From the NCBI GenBank assembly GCA_937894565.1, contig CALBHK010000018.1, positions 2,717-66,716 on the forward strand: a stretch of DNA of 64,000 nt, written 5' to 3'. The number at the start of each line of letters is the position of its first letter. The first letter of the stretch is position 1. Made by a program: the position numbers and the translations under genes. The notes below the pieces were generated by a model. That model saw only the letters and a program-made list of their open reading frames with translations. It had not been told where the DNA came from and did not search any database. Positions 15,427-25,059 of this stretch are shown one piece after another. This DNA is from an uncultured Chlamydiae bacterium (GTDB lineage: Bacteria > Chlamydiota > Chlamydiia > Chlamydiales > CALBHK01).

Positions 15427-15909
15427 ATGGCAAAAAAAAAGACACAAGAACCGCGACCCGTAGGCAGACCAACAGACTACAAGCCCGAATATTGCGAGCA
15501 ACTGATCGAATACTTTTCAGAGGATCCCTATAAAGAAGTGACAAAGGACGTAGTCACCAAGTCGGGCGATGTGATTCAGGTTACACAGAACGAAGCCTCA
15601 GACTTCAAATCCCTTGCGGCATTTGCAAATCGAATCAAGGTCCACAAAGACACGCTGCACGAATGGTCTAAGGTTCATCCTGAATTTTCCGATGCCTATA
15701 AAAGGGCAAAGCAATATCAAGAAGAATGGCTGACAGTGAACGGCACCAAAGGACTGACAAATCCCGCGTTTAGCATTTTTACGGCTAAAAACGTGATCGA
15801 CTGGCGCGACAAAAGAGACATTGAAGTCAAAGAGAAGCCTACAGAGAAAATGTCAGACGAAGAAATTCAAAAGCAAATCGAAGAACTTAAGAAAAGGCTA
15901 GGCGAATGA
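15427..15909 (+). CDS. terminase small subunit
   Basis: 160 aa. N-terminal KKKTQEPRPVGRPTDYKPEYCEQLIEYF is HTH-type. Precedes the large terminase. Confidence 0.7.
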   Translation: MAKKKTQEPRPVGRPTDYKPEYCEQLIEYFSEDPYKEVTKDVVTKSGDVIQVTQNEASDFKSLAAFANRIKVHKDTLHEWSKVHPEFSDAYKRAKQYQEEWLTVNGTKGLTNPAFSIFTAKNVIDWRDKRDIEVKEKPTEKMSDEEIQKQIEELKKRLGE

Positions 15910-16202
15910 AACCAAGTGAATTACGACTCATCAAAGACCGCATTTTAGTAAAACCAGACAAGGCGACTGATAAAATCGGCTCAATCATCATTCCCGAAAA
16001 GTATCGTGATGAACAAGAAACGGGGACTGTCGTCGCTGCTGGTTCTGGTAGACTAAATCAAAAGACAGGCGAAAAAGTGCCGATGATGACAAAAGTAGGC
16101 GACAAGATTTTGTTCAATGTTCGTCAGTTTGAAATCGTGAACTTAGAATCGACAGAATATTACGCATTGAATGATTCTGAAGTGCTGGCCGTAATTGGAT
16201 AA
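15906..16202 (+). CDS. groES: GroES/Cpn10-family co-chaperonin
   Basis: 98 aa. LIKDRILVKPDKATDKIGSIIIPE...GTVVAAGSG...KVGDKILF...SEVLAVIG aligns along the whole length with GroES. ATGA and TAATG overlaps with both terminase genes. Confidence 0.8.
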   Translation: MKPSELRLIKDRILVKPDKATDKIGSIIIPEKYRDEQETGTVVAAGSGRLNQKTGEKVPMMTKVGDKILFNVRQFEIVNLESTEYYALNDSEVLAVIG

Positions 16203-17638
16203 TGTCACGACAAGACAAGCTTAAACTTTTAGAACTACTCGAAGAAAAAGAGCGACGCAAGAAAACGCGAAAGCTATTTTCATACTATCCAGACAGTGGA
16301 CCGCTTCGCCGTGAGCTTTATGTTAAGCACATGGAGTTTTTCTCTGCCGGAAAATCGATTCTAGCCCGCGCCGCAATTGCCGGAAACCGCACAGGCAAAA
16401 CAACGCTAAACGCATTTGAAACAACTTGTCACCTGACGGGGATTTATCCCGATTGGTGGGACGGCAGAAAATTCAACACGCCGGTCGATTGGTGGGCGGC
16501 ATCTGACACGGGCGAAACAACACGCGACATCTTACAGCATGAGTTTCTTGGTAGGCTTGATGAGATAGGCACCGGAATGATTCCAAAGCATTTAATTATC
16601 GGTGAGCCATCAAGACGCAGAGGTATAGCTGACGCAATTGACACAGTTTTAATTAAGCACGCGAGCGGAGGCACAAGCACGCTTTCGTTTAAATCATACG
16701 ATCAGGGCCGAGAGAAGTTTCAAGGAACTAAAAAGCACGGCGTATCGTTGGACGAAGAGCCAGACATGGGAGTTTACACCGAGTGTTTAACGCGTTTAAC
16801 AGCGACAAAGCCAGGCGAAGAAGACGGAATCATGATTTGCACATTCACGCCTCTTTCGGGGATGTCTTCGGTGGTGTTAATGTTTTTAAACGAACCAAGC
16901 CCGCACAGATTTGTTTTAACAATGGGTTTTGATCACGTTCCACACTTGAGCCAATCAACAAAAGAAAAGCTTTTAGCCTCGTTTCCTCCACACGAAAGAG
17001 ACGCGCGCGCCAATGGTACGCCACAACTGGGATCTGGCGCCATTTTTCCAATACCTGAATCAGACGTTTTTATTGACGACTTTCCGGTGCCAGATCATTG
17101 GCCAAAAGCTTACGGCTTAGACGTTGGCTGGAAAAAGACCGCTGCAATATGGGGCGCGTGGGATCGTGAAACCGACACGCTTTATTTATACTCTGAATAT
17201 TATAGAGGACAAGCAGAGCCAGAAGTTCACGCCAAAGGAATTAAAACTCGCGGCGACTGGATTCCCGGCGTAATTGATCCAGCATCTCGTGGCAGATCGC
17301 AAATTGACGGAAGACAACTCATTCAGCAATACGTTGATTTAGGATTAAATCTTGACGTTGCGTTCAACGGGGTTGAGTCGGGCATATTTGAAGTATGGCA
17401 AAGACTTTCTTCTGGAAGACTAAAAATATTTAAATCGCTCGTAAATTTTCAAGCTGAATTTAGATTGTATCGCAGAGACGACAAAGGGAAAGTTGTTAAA
17501 GACAACGATCACTTGCAAGACGCTAACAGATACCTAATTATGTCAGGACTTGAACGAGCTATCACAAAACCAAAACCTTACGAACCAGACCAAGACGAAT
17601 ATTATTCTGGGGGTACGTCCGGCGGTTGGATGTCTTGA
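16202..17638 (+). CDS. terminase large subunit
   Basis: 478 aa. Walker A AIAGNRTGKTT, then a nuclease-type C-terminal half. Confidence 0.85.
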   Translation: MSRQDKLKLLELLEEKERRKKTRKLFSYYPDSGPLRRELYVKHMEFFSAGKSILARAAIAGNRTGKTTLNAFETTCHLTGIYPDWWDGRKFNTPVDWWAASDTGETTRDILQHEFLGRLDEIGTGMIPKHLIIGEPSRRRGIADAIDTVLIKHASGGTSTLSFKSYDQGREKFQGTKKHGVSLDEEPDMGVYTECLTRLTATKPGEEDGIMICTFTPLSGMSSVVLMFLNEPSPHRFVLTMGFDHVPHLSQSTKEKLLASFPPHERDARANGTPQLGSGAIFPIPESDVFIDDFPVPDHWPKAYGLDVGWKKTAAIWGAWDRETDTLYLYSEYYRGQAEPEVHAKGIKTRGDWIPGVIDPASRGRSQIDGRQLIQQYVDLGLNLDVAFNGVESGIFEVWQRLSSGRLKIFKSLVNFQAEFRLYRRDDKGKVVKDNDHLQDANRYLIMSGLERAITKPKPYEPDQDEYYSGGTSGGWMS

Positions 17639-17641
17639 TTT

Positions 17642-17663
17642 CTTATAACTAGATTATAGTTTT
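17642..17663 (+). promoter_or_regulatory. palindromic late-operon motif CTTATAACTAGATTATAGTTTT (copy 2)
   Basis: Ends 22 nt upstream of the portal ATG. Confidence 0.5.
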
Positions 17664-17684
17664 CCACTGACAACAATTGATTGT

Positions 17685-19775
17685 ATGTCAGAAATTTCAG
17701 AACAAGAAGAGTCTACGAAGCACGAAGCTACTGAATCAGATGATCATGAGATTTTAGAGCAAATCAAGATCCATTTTAAAGCTGATGAGGACGCTTGGCG
17801 CGATGTTCGTAAAGATGCTTTGGAAGACTGGAAATTCAGAGCGGGTGAGCAATGGCCCGAGCAGATTAAAAAAGAACGTGATAGCGACGACCGCCCCTGT
17901 CTTGTAATTAACAAGATGCCTCAATACATTAATCAAATCACAAACGAGCAGAGACAAAACCGTCCTGCTATCAAAATTTCTCCGGTCGATTCTTTCGCTG
18001 ACGTTGAAACTGCTAAAGTTTTCCAAGGCATCATTAAGCACATAGAAAACTCTTCGAATGCTTCTGTAGCGTATGACAACGCAACCGATGGGGCCGCAAC
18101 AGGCGGTCTAGGTTATATCAGAGTAACGACAGACTATTGCGACGAAATGAGTTTCGATCAAGAAATTCAAATCAAACAAGTCTATGACTGGGCCTCTGTT
18201 TACTTCGATGCTGCATCGAAAGAACCAGACGGTTCGGACGCAAATCACGCCTTTGTTCATCAAGAAATGTCAAAGGATGAATTTAAACGTGAATATCCAG
18301 ACGCTAAGATGTCAACAATGTCCGATTGGACATCAATCGGTGATTCAGATGGCTGGATTTCTGACAACTCTTGCCGAGTGGCTGAGTATTTTTTTAGGAA
18401 ACATAAAAAAGTAAAGATTTATCAAATTCAAGACTTATCAGGGCAGGTTTTTACTTTAAAAAAAGAAGAGCTTCCGAAAGACAAATCAACTTACAAAATT
18501 TTAAATGAACGCGAAACCTTAGACAGTGAAATTCACTGGGTAAAAACAAACGGCTATGAAATTTTAGAAAAAACAATGTGGCCGGGTAAATGGATTCCAA
18601 TTATTCCAGTATACGGCAAATCTCTAATGGTTGATGGTAAGCGAATCTTAGAGTCAGTCATTCGTCACGCTAAAGACTCTCAACGAATGTATAACTATTT
18701 CACATCTACAGAGAGTGAAACCGTAGCGCTAGCGCCTAAAGCTCCGTTTATCGTGGCAGAGGGACAAGTTCCAAAAGAATTCGAAAACATTTGGAAGTCA
18801 GCAAATAGAAAAAACATTGCTTACCTACCTTACAAGCCAATTTCGGCAGGCGGTCAACTAGTTGGTGCGCCTCAAAGAAACGCTTACGAAGCTCCAATCC
18901 AAGCAATCACAGCAGCAAGACTGCAATCTAACGATGACATTAAAGCCACAACAGGCATTTACGATGCGTCTTTAGGAAATAAATCAAACGAACAGTCAGG
19001 CATTGCAATCGCTCGGCGCAATGCTCAAGCGCAGACTTCAAACTTTCATTTTATCGATAATCTTAACCGCTCAATCCGTCATGTAGGCAAAATATTAGTG
19101 GATTTAATCCCAAAGATTTACGACACGGAGCGAGCGTTAAGAATTATCGGTGAAGATGGCACTGAAGAGGTCGTTACTGTTAATACGATTTTCGACGGAA
19201 AAAAGAAATACGATTTAGGCGCAGGAAAGTACGACGTAATCGTCGAGACTGGGCCAAGCTACGCGACTAAACGCCAAGAAGCTGCTGCTATGATGATTGA
19301 AATGGTCAAAGCATTCCCGGGCTTTGCGCAAATCGCTGGTGACTTAGTGGTTGGAAACATGGATTGGCCGGGTGCTAAAGAAATGCAAACCCGAATCCGT
19401 AAATCATTGCCACCGGGATTAGTCGAAGAAAAAGAAGGCGCGGACATCCCTGACGAAGTTAAGGCGAAAATCGGTCAAATGGAGCAGATGATTCAACAAT
19501 TGTCTGGCTCACTCACTCAAGCGACCGAAGCGCTTAAACAAAAGAAATTAGAAACCGAATCCAAAGAGCGCATCGAGACTTTAAAAGTCAACGCTCAATT
19601 GGAAATTGCAAAAGCACAAATTGAATCAAAAGAAGCTCTGGCTGGATTTCAGCAAGAAATGAGCACTTTAAATGACGACATTTTACTAGTGAAACAAAGA
19701 CTAGGTCTTTTGAATTTCGGCACTCCTATGAATAACGATGCTGGCGCAGAGCTGGCACCACAACAAGGAATGTAG
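17685..19775 (+). CDS. portal protein
   Basis: 696 aa. Follows the terminase. Size and position fit P22-type portals. C-terminal coiled-coil barrel-like tail. Confidence 0.8.
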   Translation: MSEISEQEESTKHEATESDDHEILEQIKIHFKADEDAWRDVRKDALEDWKFRAGEQWPEQIKKERDSDDRPCLVINKMPQYINQITNEQRQNRPAIKISPVDSFADVETAKVFQGIIKHIENSSNASVAYDNATDGAATGGLGYIRVTTDYCDEMSFDQEIQIKQVYDWASVYFDAASKEPDGSDANHAFVHQEMSKDEFKREYPDAKMSTMSDWTSIGDSDGWISDNSCRVAEYFFRKHKKVKIYQIQDLSGQVFTLKKEELPKDKSTYKILNERETLDSEIHWVKTNGYEILEKTMWPGKWIPIIPVYGKSLMVDGKRILESVIRHAKDSQRMYNYFTSTESETVALAPKAPFIVAEGQVPKEFENIWKSANRKNIAYLPYKPISAGGQLVGAPQRNAYEAPIQAITAARLQSNDDIKATTGIYDASLGNKSNEQSGIAIARRNAQAQTSNFHFIDNLNRSIRHVGKILVDLIPKIYDTERALRIIGEDGTEEVVTVNTIFDGKKKYDLGAGKYDVIVETGPSYATKRQEAAAMMIEMVKAFPGFAQIAGDLVVGNMDWPGAKEMQTRIRKSLPPGLVEEKEGADIPDEVKAKIGQMEQMIQQLSGSLTQATEALKQKKLETESKERIETLKVNAQLEIAKAQIESKEALAGFQQEMSTLNDDILLVKQRLGLLNFGTPMNNDAGAELAPQQGM

Positions 19776-19778
19776 AGA

Positions 19779-20696
19779 ATGAAGAACGATTTTATTAGCA
19801 CATCAACAACTGATGCACCTGTTGCGGCTCCGGCTGCTGGGGCAAAGGTTGAGGAAGTCGCTAAGGAAACAACCGATAAAGTTGAAGGCGTAGAATCTGG
19901 CGAAACCGCTGAGATCGAGGCTCAAGACGCTATCGAAACCGATCCCGAAGCTGAAGCCGAACTCACGGATGACGAAGGTGGCGACGACGATCAAAAACCC
20001 GAAGAAGTAAAGCCTAAGAAAAAAGGCGGCTTTCAAAAAAAGCTTGAGCGTAAAGATCGAGAAATCGAACAGCTTAAGCAAATGTTAGCTCAACAACAGC
20101 AACCACAGACTCAAAAGCCTGCGGATAAACCTGTTGTCAACTCTGATGACCTAGAGCCGGATGTTGAAAAATATGAAAGTCTAACCGACTTTTATAAAGA
20201 TCATTCGCGATGGGCAGCTCGACAGGAAGTTAAAGCTTTCAAAAAAGAGCAGGAAGAAAGAGCAAAAGCCGAATCTGCAAAGTCAGCCGAACAAGCAAAG
20301 CTTTCAGATTTTCATAAACGCGAAGACGAATTTTCAAAAGCTGCGCCTGACTATCAAGAAATCATTGACGAAAACTCTGATTACATGGTGTCGGCTGGAC
20401 TTAAAGAAGCTGTTTTAGCGTCTGAACATGGACCTGAAATCATCTACACACTTTTCAAGAATAAAACAGAATTAAACCGGATTAATTCGCTTAATTTGGT
20501 TCAACAGGTTTTAGAGATTGGAAAATTAGAAGCAAAGCTTTCTAAATCGGAACAAAAACCAGAAGTAAAAACAAAAACCGCTGCGCCTCCACCTCCGAAA
20601 CCAGTTGGAACTAGATCACCTGGAAAAGTCGTAAAAGACCCTAGTGATATGAGTCCAGACGAATATTTGGAGTACAGACGTAAGCAAAAAAAATAA
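19779..20696 (+). CDS. scaffolding protein
   Basis: 305 aa, very acidic and helical, between portal and coat. Confidence 0.65.
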   Translation: MKNDFISTSTTDAPVAAPAAGAKVEEVAKETTDKVEGVESGETAEIEAQDAIETDPEAEAELTDDEGGDDDQKPEEVKPKKKGGFQKKLERKDREIEQLKQMLAQQQQPQTQKPADKPVVNSDDLEPDVEKYESLTDFYKDHSRWAARQEVKAFKKEQEERAKAESAKSAEQAKLSDFHKREDEFSKAAPDYQEIIDENSDYMVSAGLKEAVLASEHGPEIIYTLFKNKTELNRINSLNLVQQVLEIGKLEAKLSKSEQKPEVKTKTAAPPPPKPVGTRSPGKVVKDPSDMSPDEYLEYRRKQKK

Positions 20697-20701
20697 CTAT
20701 T

Positions 20702-20725
20702 CCCGCATAACTAGCGGGCTAGGAG
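20702..20725 (+). promoter_or_regulatory. leader hairpin CCCGC-ATAACTA-GCGGG followed by CTAGGAG Shine-Dalgarno
   Basis: Same architecture as 30165-30188, with compensatory stem changes and an identical loop. 6-nt spacer to ATG 20732. Confidence 0.55.
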
Positions 20726-20731
20726 CTTTCA

Positions 20732-21946
20732 ATGTCAAATACAAACTTAACCAGCACGATTATAACAAATGAATCGTTAGCTGTTTTAGAAAACAATTTA
20801 ACTTTCGCAAAAGGCTGCAATCGTGAATATGACGACAAATTCGCAGTTGCTGGAGCGAAAATCGGAACAACTTTAAACATCAGAAAACCAGCGCGATACG
20901 TTGGTCGTACTGGTGCCGCAATCGGCGTTGAGGACCACACTGAGACGCAAGTGCCTTTAGTGCTTGATACTCAATTCGGTGTTGACGTGTCTTTCACGTC
21001 TCAAGAATTGACTTTATCAATCGATGAGTTCTCTGATCGTATCGTTAAGCCAGCTATGGCAGCAATTGCGAACAAAATCGATCGTGACGGTTTAACAATG
21101 GCTTATCAGTCAACATACAACGCTGTTGGTACTCCGGGCAATACGCCTGCAACTGCGGCGGTTGTTTTAGCGGCAGCGGCGAAATTAGATTTCGAAGCGG
21201 CTCCACGCGACGGACAACGCTCATTAGTAATCGACCCTTTAGCAAATGCTTCAATGGTTGATGTTCTTAAAGGTTTGTTTCAGTCATCTGAAAAAATCAA
21301 AGATCAATACGAACAAGGAAACATGGGTCTAGCATTCGGTTTCAAATGGTCAATGGATCAAAACGTAGTTAATCACACAGTTGGACCTTTGGGCGGTACT
21401 CCGCTTGTTAACGGTGTCCCAGCTCAGGGCGCGACTACTTTAGTGACTGATGGTTGGACTGCGTCTGCTGCATCTCGTTTGAAAAAAGGTGACGTGTTCA
21501 CTATTCCAAACGTTTACGCAGTTAATCCACAGTCTCGTCAATCAACAGGTCAATTACGTCAATTCGTAGTAACTGCAGACGTTTCATCTGACGGTTCTGG
21601 TAACTTAACGGCTGCAATCTCTCCAGCGATTCAATCGACTGGTGCATTTGCAACAGTTTCAGCTTTACCTGCCGACAATGCTGCAATCACAGTGTTAGGC
21701 GCGGCTAATACCATCAGCCCTGCAAACGTTGCATTCCATAAAGATGCTTTCGTTTTAGGTTCTGCTGACTTGTTATTGCCTAAAGGCGTTGACATGGCTT
21801 CTCGCTCTGCGAGCAAGAAGGTTGGTTTGTCTGTTCGTATGGTTCGCCAGTACGCGATCAACTCGGACGCTTTCCCATGCCGTTTTGATGTCTTGTACGG
21901 CTACAAAGCTGTTTATCCAGAATTAGCTTGTCGTATCCAAGGTTAA
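20732..21946 (+). CDS. major capsid protein (P22 coat-like)
   Basis: 404 aa. N-terminus ESLAVLENNLTFAKGCNREYDDKFAVAGAKIGTTLNIRKPARY resembles the P22 gp5 coat family. Strong SD and a downstream terminator. Confidence 0.8.
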   Translation: MSNTNLTSTIITNESLAVLENNLTFAKGCNREYDDKFAVAGAKIGTTLNIRKPARYVGRTGAAIGVEDHTETQVPLVLDTQFGVDVSFTSQELTLSIDEFSDRIVKPAMAAIANKIDRDGLTMAYQSTYNAVGTPGNTPATAAVVLAAAAKLDFEAAPRDGQRSLVIDPLANASMVDVLKGLFQSSEKIKDQYEQGNMGLAFGFKWSMDQNVVNHTVGPLGGTPLVNGVPAQGATTLVTDGWTASAASRLKKGDVFTIPNVYAVNPQSRQSTGQLRQFVVTADVSSDGSGNLTAAISPAIQSTGAFATVSALPADNAAITVLGAANTISPANVAFHKDAFVLGSADLLLPKGVDMASRSASKKVGLSVRMVRQYAINSDAFPCRFDVLYGYKAVYPELACRIQG

Positions 21947-21954
21947 TAATGACG

Positions 21955-21983
21955 GGGGCCGATTGTGGCCCCTCTCTTTTCTT
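21955..21983 (+). terminator. rho-independent terminator after the capsid gene
   Basis: GGGGCC-GATTGT-GGCCCC followed by the T-rich TCTCTTTTCTT. Confidence 0.6.
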
Positions 21984-21993
21984 AGAGGAATGA

Positions 21994-22281
21994 ATGAAAG
22001 AATTAGAAGAAGAAAAATTTCCCGGTGTTTTTATGTACTCAAAAAAGTACGGCGCAGTTTTATTTGAAACACAAGAAGAAGTCGAAGCGCTCGACAAAAA
22101 AGAATGGTTTGATTCTCCTAATTTTGATGATCCAAAAGTGATCGTTAAAAAATACAAAGGCACAAAGGCATTAGAAAAAATGTCTAAGCTTGAATTGGTT
22201 GATGTCGGTGTTTCTTTAGACATCGCAAAAGAAGAGCTTACTTCGTTAAAAAAAGAAGAAATTATCGAACTTTTAAAATAA
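21994..22281 (+). CDS. hypothetical head-associated protein
   Basis: 95 aa. AGAGGAA upstream. The antisense ORF 21858..22223 is low-complexity and rejected. Confidence 0.5.
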   Translation: MKELEEEKFPGVFMYSKKYGAVLFETQEEVEALDKKEWFDSPNFDDPKVIVKKYKGTKALEKMSKLELVDVGVSLDIAKEELTSLKKEEIIELLK

Positions 22282-22292
22282 AGGGGCCTTAA

Positions 22293-23009
22293 ATGACTGT
22301 TAGGGATTTGATTAAAAAATCGTTAGTTTTAATCGGTGCAGTTTCGGCGGGCGAGAATATCTCGGCGCAAGAAGCTAGCGACGGCATAAGCTCGCTCAAT
22401 GATCTTTTAGACTCATGGTCAACTGATGGCCTACTGATCCCAACAACAACAATCGAAGAGTTTACGCTTACTCCCGGTCAAGGATCATACACGATCGGGC
22501 CAAGTGCTAATTTCAACACAACAAACCCGCAAGTTATCGAAGAGTCTAGACTTAAAGATGTTTCGGGCACTCCGATTGAGTTACCGATTAAAATTCTAAG
22601 TACTCAAGAATGGGCTGATGTTATTCAAAAGACTGTTACATCAAGCCAGCCCGATTCATTATATTTTCAGCGCGGTGGCGCGCTAAGCACCATCTATTTA
22701 TATCCAATTCCAAGCGCTGCAAATAAGATTGTTTTATATACTAAAAAAACGCTCGGCTCTTTTACATCAGCAAACGATGTAATAAGTTTACCGCCGGGCT
22801 ATCAAAGAGCTTTACGTTATAATTTAGCTTTAGAGCTTGCCGTTGAATATGGAAAGCAGCCAAGCGAATACGTTTTTCAAACTTCACAAGAATTAAAAGC
22901 ACAATTGATGAGGGTGAATGACGGCGGAAATCCGTTATTGCTTAAATCGGACATTTTGGGAATCGCACAAGACTCAACGAAACCATTTAACATTTATACG
23001 GGGTCTTAA
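22293..23009 (+). CDS. virion protein (head-tail adaptor position)
   Basis: 238 aa. Position equivalent to P22 gp4-type adaptor genes. Assigned from position only. Confidence 0.4.
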   Translation: MTVRDLIKKSLVLIGAVSAGENISAQEASDGISSLNDLLDSWSTDGLLIPTTTIEEFTLTPGQGSYTIGPSANFNTTNPQVIEESRLKDVSGTPIELPIKILSTQEWADVIQKTVTSSQPDSLYFQRGGALSTIYLYPIPSAANKIVLYTKKTLGSFTSANDVISLPPGYQRALRYNLALELAVEYGKQPSEYVFQTSQELKAQLMRVNDGGNPLLLKSDILGIAQDSTKPFNIYTGS

Positions 23010-24514
23010 TGAAACTCCAGGGCTTTATCGGACCAGCCTACGAATTGCAATCGGTGACAGTCGATGCTCAGCGGTGCATTAATTTATATCCTGAATCAAT
23101 CGAGTCTGGATCAGGTAAGGGTCAGCAAGTTGCGTACTTAAAGCCGACTCCGGGGCTTACAGAGTTGTTTTCTGTTGGGCCGGGGCCAATTAGACTCGTT
23201 CATATTGAAAACTTTGAGCGAGACAACCCAGTAGAAAAAGCAGTCGTTTACGTTGTGAGCGGCTCTGAGGTGTGGGCGTGCTCTTATCAATATGGTTCTT
23301 GGGCTACAACTTTTTGCGGGACAATATCAACGCCAACGGGCCCAGTGTCTGCACACTCAATAAAAAAGGGCTCTTCTCCAAAGTATCAAACAGTTTTTGT
23401 GGACGGTGACAATAATTATTTAGTTCAATCTAACGATTATGATGGAGGTTTTTCATATTTTGGCAGCTTTGCAGACTTTGCCTTGTCTCCAGTTTTGGGA
23501 GCGACACAAATAACATGGATTGACGGGTATTTAATTTTGATCGTCAAAGACACGTCTCAATTTTACGTTTCAGATTGGCAAGGAACTACATTTAATCCCT
23601 TGTCGTTTGCTTCAGCCGAAGGAAATCCTGACAACATCGTCGGAATGACCTCTTTCAATCGTGATTTAATATTATTTAACAAACTATCAACAGAGATTTT
23701 TACAAACACGGGAAATGCTGATTTTCCATTTGAAAGGATCGGCTCCGGATTTATTGAGGTCGGGTGCTGTGCTCCTTTTTCTATAGCTAAAACTTCAGAC
23801 GCTGTTTTTTGGCTAGGACAAGACGTTTCAGGTCGCGGAGTGGTTTACGCAGCTAATAACATTACACCGCAAAGAATTTCAACCCATGCGATAGAGGCTG
23901 AAATTGCTACCTATGCCGACATTTCTACAGCTAGGGGCGCAACCTATCAACTAGAAGGTCACTCATTCTATGTTTTAAATTTTGCAGAGGCAACATGGGT
24001 TTATGATTTTAAAACAAAAATGTGGCACCAAAGAGCCTATTTAAATAATGGTGTTTTAGAGCGCCACAGAATTGATTCGCTGTGCTTTGTTCCAAACCTA
24101 GGATTTCACGTAGGCGGTGATTTCGAGGATGGTACTGTCTACAAACTAGATCCAACAGAAAGAACAGACGCCGGAAATGCAATAAAAAGACTTAGGTCTT
24201 CTCCGCACATTTCACAAGACCTTAAGAATATATTTTTTAAATCTCTGCAAATTGATTGCGAGTCCGGGGTGGGAACTTCAGACACAGGACAAGGCTATAA
24301 TCCTCAAATGATGATGCGTTTTTCAAATGACGGCGGCAGAACGTGGTCAGATGAAGACTTCGGGTCAATTGGAAAAATAGGCGAATACAAAACTAGAACT
24401 ATATGGAGACGGCTCGGACAAGCTAGAGATCGCGTATTTGAGATTTCAGTAACTGATCCAGTAGACACGAATATAGTAGACGCACAAGTTGACGTGGAAG
24501 TTGGTGCTTCATAA
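23009..24514 (+). CDS. virion protein (tail hub position)
   Basis: 501 aa. TAATG coupling. Position and size similar to P22 gp10. Assigned from position only. Confidence 0.4.
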   Translation: MKLQGFIGPAYELQSVTVDAQRCINLYPESIESGSGKGQQVAYLKPTPGLTELFSVGPGPIRLVHIENFERDNPVEKAVVYVVSGSEVWACSYQYGSWATTFCGTISTPTGPVSAHSIKKGSSPKYQTVFVDGDNNYLVQSNDYDGGFSYFGSFADFALSPVLGATQITWIDGYLILIVKDTSQFYVSDWQGTTFNPLSFASAEGNPDNIVGMTSFNRDLILFNKLSTEIFTNTGNADFPFERIGSGFIEVGCCAPFSIAKTSDAVFWLGQDVSGRGVVYAANNITPQRISTHAIEAEIATYADISTARGATYQLEGHSFYVLNFAEATWVYDFKTKMWHQRAYLNNGVLERHRIDSLCFVPNLGFHVGGDFEDGTVYKLDPTERTDAGNAIKRLRSSPHISQDLKNIFFKSLQIDCESGVGTSDTGQGYNPQMMMRFSNDGGRTWSDEDFGSIGKIGEYKTRTIWRRLGQARDRVFEISVTDPVDTNIVDAQVDVEVGAS

Positions 24515-24996
24515 TGGCTGACTCAAATGTGGTGCCGTTTTCTAGCCCGGTTGTTGATGAATCTAATTCTTTATCGCGCCCGTGGGAGCAGTTTTTTAGA
24601 AAAATACAGGACATTGTTGACTACATCAAAGACGAGCAGTCATTTACGCTTGCAAACAATCAATCATCTGCTGCAGATTTAACTCCTCTTACATTTGACT
24701 ATCGATACACTTCGCAAGCGGTCATCGAATATTTACTACAAAGAACCTCGTCAACAACCGAGGCCATAGAGTCGGGACAAATAGTCTGTGCATACTTACC
24801 GCGATCAAACGACTGGAGCATTTCAAAGAGCGCAAATTTAACAGTGGGTACCCCCGGACTTACAGTCTCTATTACGTCTACAGGACAAGTGCAATACACG
24901 ACAACAAACCAAGGCGGGACTGTTTCCATTTCAAGAATTGTTTTTCGTGTTCGAGAAATAAAGGCGAAGTCTTCAACGTACTCTCAATTGGGCTAG
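24514..24996 (+). CDS. virion protein, function unknown
   Basis: 160 aa with a TAATG overlap to the upstream gene. Confidence 0.45.
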   Translation: MADSNVVPFSSPVVDESNSLSRPWEQFFRKIQDIVDYIKDEQSFTLANNQSSAADLTPLTFDYRYTSQAVIEYLLQRTSSTTEAIESGQIVCAYLPRSNDWSISKSANLTVGTPGLTVSITSTGQVQYTTTNQGGTVSISRIVFRVREIKAKSSTYSQLG

Positions 24997-25004
24997 ACGT
25001 AAAA

Positions 25005-25027
25005 GACTAAAACTAGGTTATAGATTT
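25005..25027 (+). promoter_or_regulatory. palindromic late-operon motif GACTAAAACTAGGTTATAGATTT (copy 3)
   Basis: Ends 33 nt upstream of the acetyltransferase GTG start. Confidence 0.45.
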
Positions 25028-25059
25028 TTGATATTACAAAATCAGAGCGAGGGCCAAAA

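Noticed and set aside
21858-22223. 121-aa minus-strand ORF overlapping the capsid gene's 3' end and 21994..22281
   Set aside because: It is Ser/Phe-rich and low-complexity and runs against the late operon. The plus-strand ORF has an SD and a protein-like sequence.
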